Shown here piece after piece: positions 54,101 through 61,141 of a stretch of DNA of 64,000 nt. The notes below the pieces were generated by a model. That model ran no database searches and was not told the DNA's origin. It saw only the letters and a list, made by a program, of their open reading frames with translations. Position numbers and translations under genes: made by a program. Numbering within the stretch: the stretch's first letter is position 1; each line of letters opens with the position of its first letter. Location: sequence record PP496441.1. One strand, 5' to 3'.

Positions 54101-56935
54101 GTACAGGCAGTCCAACACGTTCATCAGCGTCTTACCGCCGCCCGCATCCACGTGGTCAACCTTCTTGTCCGGCTGGCGCTGACCCGACACAATGGGTCGG
54201 ATCTGGTGAGCCAGTGCGGAGAAGTCGGAACGGATGAACGGAACCGGTGACACTTCCGTCTCGTCGTTGACCTTGACCGGGTTCAGCGAATACTTCGCCT
54301 GCTTGGCCGCTACTTGGGACTTCAGTTCGTCCTTGGCCGACTGGTCTGCATACTTCGCCATGGCAAAGATAGAAGCCACACCTTGCATACGACTGGTGAC
54401 CGACAACACGTTACTGGTGCCGATGGCCTTCGGATCGCTGAGGACCTTGAACAACGCGTCCGTACCGTCTTGCATGGCTTCGACCGCAATACGGCCAATG
54501 CCTCGGAGCATAGGGATATTGGAATCCGCAGTCAGATGGCTGAGTCGCAGGTCCTTATACACCTCTTCGAACGGGTAATCGCCAATGTCGATGTCCCGAT
54601 CAACCAGACGCTTCGACAGCGAGGACACGGATTGCAGCACCTCGTGGATAGTTGGGTTGCCCCCAGCCGGGAACAGGAAGTCTTGAACGCTCTCACCCAG
54701 CACGTCAGTCACTGTGGGGGGTACGTCGAAGTCACCTTCCTCGAAGTAATCCGTAACCTTCTTGCCCTTGTAGTTCAACCACGCGGTCAGCGAGTTACGC
54801 AGGTAGCCGAACGACAGCGACTTGGGCGCAACATACTGTTCCAATGTCTTGCTGTATTCCATGACGCTGGCCGGGGAATAAGCCGAGACGTCATACGTGA
54901 CCAGTCCACCAGACGAAGTGGTGTAGCTGAGGATGTCCGCGCCCCAGTCAGTGAAGATGTAGTAGGAGCGTAGACGGCCTTGAGCGAATTGCTTGATAAC
55001 CAGATTATCCGTCTTGGCGTTGTCCGGGATCATGTACTGGTTCTGGATGCTGATCTCAGGAGTTTCCTGACCCTCAACCTCTTTGAACTTCGCTTTGACG
55101 CCACCCATGCCCACGTCTTGGCGGGTGTATTCGTTGTCTGCGAAGGCACCGCGATACGAATCCTCGATGGCCTTCTCGTACTGCGCAACGATCTGTGGAT
55201 CAGCGGTGGGCACGAACACCAGGTCAGCATCGGGACCAACCATCATCTGGTCACCGTTCAAACGCGAACGCTGCGGCATTGCGCGGGTATCTGCGATTGC
55301 CTTGCCCACGGCACGATAGAACGATGCATCTGTCTTGGCGAACGAGTACTGCGCGTCAGTCATCTGATACGCCCACTCGGCCACGTCAACCGGGGCGGGT
55401 GGAGAGTGCTGAGTCACGAACGCAGCCACGTCTTCCGAGATAGTGAACTCGGAGAAAGCAACAACCTCGGCGTCACCTGCCTCACCGATGTTAGACAGAC
55501 GACACATGAACGAGCGGGACTTCAGACGCGCCATCGCATCCTTGTAGTCCGCCTTGTCTACCACGTCAGTCTGCAGTGACGGTGGCACTGGCATCTTGTT
55601 GGACGTCAACCAGCCATTGAGGCGGGTCATCGGCGTGTTTTCCAGAAGCCAGTTGATGAAGTCAACCGGTGCCTTTGGCATGGTTGGTTCTTCCGGTGCG
55701 CCCGCAGTCAGGTTGCCGTCCAGCCCCCGGTACGCATGGTTCCAGTTCTTGAGCAGGCGCTCTAGAATCTTGCCGCCGACTTCCTGCCGCACTTTTTCAA
55801 AGGACGGTTTGTCTTCCTTCGAATAGGCGAAGATGATCTTGGCGACCATGCTCTCGTTGACATCAGACCAGTTGTTGTCGTAGTCCAGATCTTCGATGCG
55901 ATACTTGCGCAGCACATCTAGCTGTTGCTGGTTGGTGAAGCTGCAATACATCACGTTCTCACCAAGAGTACGACGCACGTACGGCATCTTACCGGCGGTG
56001 CCCGTGCCATTGAGGAAGCTTACCTCATTGGTGCTTTGTACGCCTGCATCACCACGGGGTGGTGATACTTCGATCAGCAGGTTGAGCCCACCAACCAGTT
56101 CCTTCAACCCATCTTTCTCGAAGGCGAAGTCGTTCTCGCCCATCAAGATTTCCTTGTCGATGAACGGACTGTTCAACGCAGATTTGAAGTTGACAGGAAT
56201 GCGCAACCGCATCTGGCGAGTCATGTCGTCCAACGCCAGCGGATCTTCCATGAACTTGCCCAGTGCAGTCTTGAGCAGTTCCAGTTGGCTGGTCATCAGT
56301 GCGTCGACCTTGGTCTGCATCCGGCTACGCTCGTCCAGCGGCAGATACACCATGGCATTTTGCAGGATCTTAACACGCGGGACAACGTAGGCCATGTCGA
56401 TTCTGCTTTCGACGCAAATGCCGATTGCGTCAAGCATCTCAGGGACCGAGAATCCGGGGATGCGGGACTCTTTGACGTTGCTGCCCATGGCCGGGATAGC
56501 CAGCGTGAAGTCACCTCGACCATTCGCCGTCACCTTGGTATACGGCGCCAGCGTACGCATGCCTTCCGACATCTCGTCCCACTTATCAGCCTTGATCGTA
56601 GCACGGTTGGCACGGAAGGAGGCCGGAGGGTTAACACCGTAGTCCTTGAACTCCAGGCTTTCCTTCATGTCCTGCAACAGACGCTTGCCGTTGTCGAACA
56701 ACTTCGGCAGCTCGGTCTCGAACAAGTTCGGTACCTTGGACAGTTCGTCCATCAGCGATGCGCCGCCCACGGACAGAACAGCGTACGCCATGCTGTGCAG
56801 GTCACCCAGCTTGTAGTCGTACGTTGCTTCGTAGTCTTCAGGCTCTTCAACCGGCTCGGCCAATGGTGCTGCCAGCGAGCGTAAGCGTTCCGTCTCTTCC
56901 GGGGCGCGACTACGCCGTTTTGATTTCTTGCTCAT
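51185..56935 (-). CDS. Giant SNF2-family (SF2) helicase/ATPase-domain protein
   Basis: Motif I 'DAGGGKT', Ia 'MCPKNL', II 'MDESQ', III 'TGT', and V/VI 'LNTGHNFQ...DSVWSP...EQGQSRLNR'; about 1916 aa. Confidence 0.85.
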   Translation of the reverse strand: MSKKSKRRSRAPEETERLRSLAAPLAEPVEEPEDYEATYDYKLGDLHSMAYAVLSVGGASLMDELSKVPNLFETELPKLFDNGKRLLQDMKESLEFKDYGVNPPASFRANRATIKADKWDEMSEGMRTLAPYTKVTANGRGDFTLAIPAMGSNVKESRIPGFSVPEMLDAIGICVESRIDMAYVVPRVKILQNAMVYLPLDERSRMQTKVDALMTSQLELLKTALGKFMEDPLALDDMTRQMRLRIPVNFKSALNSPFIDKEILMGENDFAFEKDGLKELVGGLNLLIEVSPPRGDAGVQSTNEVSFLNGTGTAGKMPYVRRTLGENVMYCSFTNQQQLDVLRKYRIEDLDYDNNWSDVNESMVAKIIFAYSKEDKPSFEKVRQEVGGKILERLLKNWNHAYRGLDGNLTAGAPEEPTMPKAPVDFINWLLENTPMTRLNGWLTSNKMPVPPSLQTDVVDKADYKDAMARLKSRSFMCRLSNIGEAGDAEVVAFSEFTISEDVAAFVTQHSPPAPVDVAEWAYQMTDAQYSFAKTDASFYRAVGKAIADTRAMPQRSRLNGDQMMVGPDADLVFVPTADPQIVAQYEKAIEDSYRGAFADNEYTRQDVGMGGVKAKFKEVEGQETPEISIQNQYMIPDNAKTDNLVIKQFAQGRLRSYYIFTDWGADILSYTTSSGGLVTYDVSAYSPASVMEYSKTLEQYVAPKSLSFGYLRNSLTAWLNYKGKKVTDYFEEGDFDVPPTVTDVLGESVQDFLFPAGGNPTIHEVLQSVSSLSKRLVDRDIDIGDYPFEEVYKDLRLSHLTADSNIPMLRGIGRIAVEAMQDGTDALFKVLSDPKAIGTSNVLSVTSRMQGVASIFAMAKYADQSAKDELKSQVAAKQAKYSLNPVKVNDETEVSPVPFIRSDFSALAHQIRPIVSGQRQPDKKVDHVDAGGGKTLMNVLDCLYTLGQYYERGDLKGQQQKRPLMMCPKNLIKNYIEDITYLTQGSVNVIVLSTDVINRYGHDYMYNLIYNAPVNTLVLCDFDFPKNGQYSIQYGNTDLILSNNSELMRRFEWIYLSMDESQYLANLDSARSSSVRAQATLSDNLRQTTGTYVHGQLTDAAGQFSIMSPSTFGSKKDFIERYAAETFQGKPLSWKNNAERDVRTQMNSAADYVRVSRREWAALLPAATETFHKVSLSKKQMAVYQDILNDAVEAIMADADLMKKLKASDEGEENVANIEMLLRPYLQRLEMFISAPAHDKVGDKVLQGSDRISPKAKEIIRLFDEHSRDKTNGKVLIFCAYVASAQALHASLPPDLQKKVILYYAADKDKLLPKFEKDDSIIGLIGVETSLNTGHNFQFVNRLISTDSVWSPGEFEQGQSRLNRPDPKNKYGARSKIFFDRIIADGTIDVTKTARMMSKLLTMVRFQASDARYDKLPNLPLVSMTLDSIMDANKFGSEDDQGSLFSYVDAYGQYTKIRRDEYADFLKTYDGPTKAKEIPTAGNLPGSALITVPYTSNMQLPFTDALGIIPVSDWLADNDLTADEADMKGLQVHTEYGDGEVISSGKNTLKVKIKEIGTVSVNKLAVFVILKPNKVPVRQRLAEMVGMPERATQYSTPESDPVVEEPEEDDTEEPEDAPAPIPDAPVKKAVVERNRDLDGEIYVYPGVLNNMIQLALDREDPDVTDKMATQLGFRETGKFIYAIVPTYRALSSVIDKLKENFEVQPRYLKDLESALAAFTQGKRRLLNFEAALDTDVRNFHLDRKRAVPKGELRPYVMFYEGECWILVDMTKQPSAVQVRRKVIVPTVKWESSDSEWFILSNSKAEAKAELDAIVRSGVSVGNYDEVMETIKSLTLRTKKRTPAAKVNTEVTGKTIRRFQTKSGTRFIALVKTKAGYVLETQDGNTDLGKISEAAAGRALAKAVKAETKWKLREVA

Positions 56936-56945
56936 GGATTGCACC

Positions 56946-57422
56946 TTACTTGACTAAGCCGTTGTTGTTGACCAGTAGATCCCAGTACGGAATCGGCGGG
57001 GTGATCTTGCGGCGCTGGAAGAAAACCAGAATGGTCTTGGCCACCTTGATGCGGTCGTAGGGCTTCAACCCTTCGATGAGCGTGGGACCGTACAGCGTCT
57101 CCGCCAGATTGCTCGCTTCCCGATCCGTGTAGCCATCGAGGTTGGTGCCGATGACCGTACACAATCGATCAACTGGCATGTCCAAACCTTTTTCGTACAG
57201 CTGGACGTGCATCTCGTTGATCTGCCCGCGAAGACGACGCAGCGTGTTGTACAACTGCGTGATCTGCTGGGCGTTGAGCTGGGGCACGTCCATGGTGCCT
57301 GAATCATCGGCGCCGGGGATAGGGGCCACCAGATTCTCAGCGATGGTCACATCCTTGATCAGCCTGTCGTACTGGTCAAGCATGGTGACGCTGATACTCT
57401 TGATTCCTTTACCTTTGTTCAT
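56946..57422 (-). CDS. Hypothetical protein
   Basis: AGGAG RBS; no motif recognised. Confidence 0.6.
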   Translation of the reverse strand: MNKGKGIKSISVTMLDQYDRLIKDVTIAENLVAPIPGADDSGTMDVPQLNAQQITQLYNTLRRLRGQINEMHVQLYEKGLDMPVDRLCTVIGTNLDGYTDREASNLAETLYGPTLIEGLKPYDRIKVAKTILVFFQRRKITPPIPYWDLLVNNNGLVK

Positions 57423-57469
57423 ACTAGTGCTGCTCCTACTCTCGAATTGGCATGTGTCAATACGGCTAT

Positions 57470-57880
57470 TTACCGTTTGTTTTGCCGTGCGATCTTCTTC
57501 CGCTGCTCATCTTTATATAGGTGACCATGCAGGAAATTCTTGGAATGACACGCGGGGCATAACGGGATCAGGTTGGACTTGCTGTCGGTGCCGCCACGGG
57601 ATGCCTGCTTGATATGGTGCAGCGCGAGCCGCCCACCGTCAGGGATCTTGCTCTGGTGAGTGCCACAGCGACCGCAGCAGTTGTTGAAGACCGCTTTGAC
57701 TTCCTTCTTACGATCCTTCCACTCGTCCGTCTTGAGCCCACCCAAGTACGTTGCCTTCTTGGCTCGCTTGACGATACCGGTCTTGCTGATACCCGAACCA
57801 GTCGATGGGCGTGCTATCTTGATGCCCGGCTTGCCCGGCTTACGGGGGCCATTGATCCGGGCACGGGGCGGCGTTTTCAT
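57470..57880 (-). CDS. HNH endonuclease
   Basis: 'CGRCG...LHHIK..SRGG.D..SNL..LC..CH'. Confidence 0.88.
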   Translation of the reverse strand: MKTPPRARINGPRKPGKPGIKIARPSTGSGISKTGIVKRAKKATYLGGLKTDEWKDRKKEVKAVFNNCCGRCGTHQSKIPDGGRLALHHIKQASRGGTDSKSNLIPLCPACHSKNFLHGHLYKDEQRKKIARQNKR

Positions 57881-57883
57881 AGC

Positions 57884-58633
57884 TTACTCCAGAAACGATT
57901 TCAAGTCAACATTGATCTTCCCGTACATTTCCTCGGTCTTTTTGCCCATGTCGCGGAAACATTGCAGCACGGCATCTTCAACCTTGGCCCAGCGCTTGTC
58001 CTTGATATGCGGTGCCAGTGCAGTCTTCAGCATGTTGGCCTGACTCACGTACATGTGCGCGAAGCCAATGAAGATCGGGTACATAACCTTCTCGCTGATG
58101 TTGGCCGCTAGATTGCTTTGCTCCTGATTAGCCTGCATATCGTTGATCAGCTCTCGGATCGAGTTGATCATGGCATTCAGAGAGTAGACAGCGGACTGTG
58201 AGCCTTCCGTGTTCCTCACCCGGAGTTCGAGAATGGGCACCATGTCAATCAAGGTGATCAACATGCGTACCTGGAACATGGAAAAACCCCGATCTTTTTC
58301 CTCAGCGGACGAGATCAGGGACATAATCTTATTTGAGTCAGTACCGAAGATCGACTCCAGCATATCCGGGTCAACTTCCAGCTCACCACCTTCCGCCATG
58401 GAAGTTTTCATCTTAACCAAGTAGTCCCGCAATTCATCCGGGTTCTTACTGGACACGGCGTCAACCCCAGTGAACCCGCAAGAGTCACACACAGGGTCAT
58501 CGTTGAGTATCTCGGAGGACAACTCATCTGGTGCACGGCATTTGGTACACCGGCACTTGTATGTATCTTTGGTCAAAGTCTTCACGACACGGAACGCGCC
58601 GTAGGTGGCCTTCACCTTGATTGGATCAGCCAT
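57884..58633 (-). CDS. Zinc-ribbon plus helical protein (weakly reminiscent of a small terminase subunit)
   Basis: 'CRCTKC...CDSC' followed by an all-helical region; the terminase similarity is a pattern impression only. Confidence 0.45.
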   Translation of the reverse strand: MADPIKVKATYGAFRVVKTLTKDTYKCRCTKCRAPDELSSEILNDDPVCDSCGFTGVDAVSSKNPDELRDYLVKMKTSMAEGGELEVDPDMLESIFGTDSNKIMSLISSAEEKDRGFSMFQVRMLITLIDMVPILELRVRNTEGSQSAVYSLNAMINSIRELINDMQANQEQSNLAANISEKVMYPIFIGFAHMYVSQANMLKTALAPHIKDKRWAKVEDAVLQCFRDMGKKTEEMYGKINVDLKSFLE

Positions 58634-59033
58634 GGTTGAGCACCTCTAATACATTCACGGTAGACAGGAAGTGTTTGGTCGGCGGGTTGGTCTGGAACAA
58701 ACGAAGCATCTGCGGCTGGATCCAAAGGAACCTGTCGTGTTCATCGTTCAAAGTGATGGGTGGCACATGAGTCAGATTAATCAGGACGTACACCCGGTCG
58801 GCATCCAGCTTATCCGCCTTGATGCGTTTCCACGGCTCGCTCTTGATCGTGTGCCAGCCCAACTCCTCTGCCAGTTCCCTGCGCAATGCGACCGCTGCCT
58901 TCTCCCCCGAGTCCAACCGACCACCGGGGAGATTCCACGTTCCTGCGTTATTCACCTTAGCGCTGCGGCGTGCCAGTAGCACATCGCCTGTTGCAGTGTT
59001 TCGAATGATGGCGTACACGCCGCGCTTTTCCAT
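58626..59033 (-). CDS. NUDIX hydrolase
   Basis: Nudix box 'GGRLDSGEKAAVALRRELAEELG'. Confidence 0.92.
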   Translation of the reverse strand: MEKRGVYAIIRNTATGDVLLARRSAKVNNAGTWNLPGGRLDSGEKAAVALRRELAEELGWHTIKSEPWKRIKADKLDADRVYVLINLTHVPPITLNDEHDRFLWIQPQMLRLFQTNPPTKHFLSTVNVLEVLNHG

Positions 59034-59039
59034 ACCTAC

Positions 59040-60188
59040 TTATCCTTGACGTGAAGCCCATGCTTCCAGAATCTTTTCCGCTTGCTCCGCTACATCACCT
59101 GCAAACTTCGGATTGGGTTTCTGTTGCTTCGAGCTCTTGACAGCCCACTGACCAATCTGAATCGTAGGACACGCTGGAACACCGGTCTCTTGGGTGGAGG
59201 CCATGAGTTGTGCAAACTCGACTGTCCCATTTACTGCTTTGTTCAAGACGTCACGTGCGAAGCTGTTCAGACGCTCCGCTGAAGCAGTGCCGGCCTTGAA
59301 CGCCATGGTGACGATGAACGACGTAGTGCTCTTGTCCACCGCGATGACAAGCGGCAGGGTATCCGTGATGCTACCCGAGGCGCTGGAAGCCGTAATGCGC
59401 TGCACGTCACCGCTGGCCAGACCCTTGAGTGCGTCCAGCTCTTTCTTGCCGAGCGAAGTCATGGCCGCTTTGATCTTGTCAAGGCTGGTGTAATCTTCGA
59501 TGCGGAACGTGGACTTGTCTTTCAGCAGGGTGAACTCCTTGCGGAATCCGGTCTTGGAGCCGATGTAGATGGCGAACGTGTCGTCTTCGTACGAACGGTA
59601 CACCGCGTAGTTCTTGTCGCCGGGGTCTGCGAAGAAGAACTGGTGAATGACACCCCGCGCCGAGTCCAGCGTGCCCTTGGCGACTTCCTTGAACTGCAAC
59701 GTCTTGACCAGTTCGGAGAACGCCTTGCGCAGCTTGCCGTACGTACTGTCTTCATCGCCGTACAGAATGAACACGTCTTTGCCGTTGGGGCTGGCCTTCA
59801 CCTTGTCCAATCCGAGCGATTCGGTGAGCTGATCCACGTAGCGTCTGACCACGGTGCTGCGGCCAGTGTCCGGGTTGAGCTTCTCGAAGTCCTCCGGCAC
59901 TACCCACTTGGAGAGCTGGCTGGCCGGGATCGGTTTGGTACGGGCGGTGAGAATGGCAGCGCGGCCGATGATGCCAGACATATTCATCATGGCGTAGTAC
60001 ATTGCCACGTCATCATCGTCGAACAGCACCTTAATGCTGTCTTTGCCCCGGTACTTGGAAAACTCTGTGATCACCACAGTGTAGTAATACGGGTCGCTCT
60101 TATCACCGTAGTTGACGATGATGCGGTCATTGATCTTTACGGGTGGGAGAGCCGCGGCCACCACGATTTCTGCATGTACTAGGGGCAT
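59040..60188 (-). CDS. Hypothetical protein with an N-terminal Tudor/SH3-like domain
   Basis: 'KINDRIIVNYGDK.DPYYY..VI...KVLFDDDDV' is paralogous to the 41391-42212 domain. Confidence 0.6.
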   Translation of the reverse strand: MPLVHAEIVVAAALPPVKINDRIIVNYGDKSDPYYYTVVITEFSKYRGKDSIKVLFDDDDVAMYYAMMNMSGIIGRAAILTARTKPIPASQLSKWVVPEDFEKLNPDTGRSTVVRRYVDQLTESLGLDKVKASPNGKDVFILYGDEDSTYGKLRKAFSELVKTLQFKEVAKGTLDSARGVIHQFFFADPGDKNYAVYRSYEDDTFAIYIGSKTGFRKEFTLLKDKSTFRIEDYTSLDKIKAAMTSLGKKELDALKGLASGDVQRITASSASGSITDTLPLVIAVDKSTTSFIVTMAFKAGTASAERLNSFARDVLNKAVNGTVEFAQLMASTQETGVPACPTIQIGQWAVKSSKQQKPNPKFAGDVAEQAEKILEAWASRQG

Positions 60189-60216
60189 GATTTATTACCT
60201 TGAGTTGCGTGTCCAC

Positions 60217-60230
60217 ATGCGTTAAATTAG
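60217..60230 (-). promoter_or_regulatory. Candidate late promoter CTAATT-N4-GYAT
   Basis: CTAATTTAACGCAT about 30 nt upstream of ATG 60188; overlaps the upstream TAA. Confidence 0.45.
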
Positions 60231-60775
60231 ACAGGCGGGAAAGTGAAGGCCGTGTGGCGGGTTACTTCAGAGCCACTGGCATTGATGGCGTCATCGATGA
60301 ATGACAAGACCTCCCAGTCACGGTCTTCCGCGTACCGGGTCAGCGTGATTCGGGCCAGGTCGGGGAGGGACACCGGTGGACATTCAACCTCACGCAGTGG
60401 ATCCGTTTGGGACACTGCACCCTGTAGCTCGTCAACCACCATCACGACGCCTGTGATGTTACCGCTGGCGTGCATGTTCAGCAGGATATCTACTAAGGTG
60501 CCTATGACGCGTGCCTGATCGTCTCGGTCCGCCATCAAAGCCATTACCACGTTGCCGTAGGTTTCAGGGATCGACAGGTTCCACACGGTGTCCAGCGGGT
60601 ATGCCGGGGTAGGATCGATCAGCAGGTCAGCGTCCACTCGATCTAGATCGATGCGAAACTGCGGCATGTTAGGCAGCGCTACCGTGGCCTGCATTTTGTT
60701 GGGCGCCTGCAGTGTCCAGCTCCACTGCAAGGGCTCGAAATAGGACAACACAACCTGTTTGGCTTGTTTAATCAT
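60227..60775 (-). CDS. Hypothetical protein
   Basis: GAGGTG RBS before ATG 60775. Confidence 0.6.
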   Translation of the reverse strand: MIKQAKQVVLSYFEPLQWSWTLQAPNKMQATVALPNMPQFRIDLDRVDADLLIDPTPAYPLDTVWNLSIPETYGNVVMALMADRDDQARVIGTLVDILLNMHASGNITGVVMVVDELQGAVSQTDPLREVECPPVSLPDLARITLTRYAEDRDWEVLSFIDDAINASGSEVTRHTAFTFPPV

Positions 60776-60797
60776 TGGAATGTCACCTCGCACATAC

Positions 60798-60829
60798 AAA
60801 AATGGGGGATGAACGTGTCATCCCCCATT
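60798..60829 (-). terminator. Intrinsic terminator
   Basis: Perfect 12-bp stem AATGGGGGATGA/TCATCCCCCATT followed by a T tract on the minus strand. Confidence 0.85.
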
Positions 60830-60852
60830 GGGTGCTTCGTCTGCGCTACCGA

Positions 60853-61125
60853 TTAACGGTCGCCCAGTTTGATCTTGACTGGAGCACCAACCTTGCTACG
60901 TTTGCGAGTGACGCGCAGGTCACCCTTGGCTTTCCGCGAGCGGCGAACCTTGGCCCGTTTCAGGATCTCGGACTTGTTCTTGCGGTAGTACTGCTTGCTC
61001 GCCAGCTTGCGGGCAGCTTTGTTCTTGCGAGCTTCCATCAGCGCCTTTTTGCGCTCAGCGGCAGTACGGGGTTTGGTACGACGGGTCAGGCCATTGCCTT
61101 TCAGCTTCAACCGTTTCATAGCCAT
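60853..61125 (-). CDS. Small, extremely basic (Lys/Arg-rich) protein, possibly DNA-condensing
   Basis: Composition dominated by K/R/A; GGAGAG RBS; followed by its own terminator. Confidence 0.75.
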   Translation of the reverse strand: MAMKRLKLKGNGLTRRTKPRTAAERKKALMEARKNKAARKLASKQYYRKNKSEILKRAKVRRSRKAKGDLRVTRKRSKVGAPVKIKLGDR

Positions 61126-61141
61126 GGTGGTATCTCTCCAG

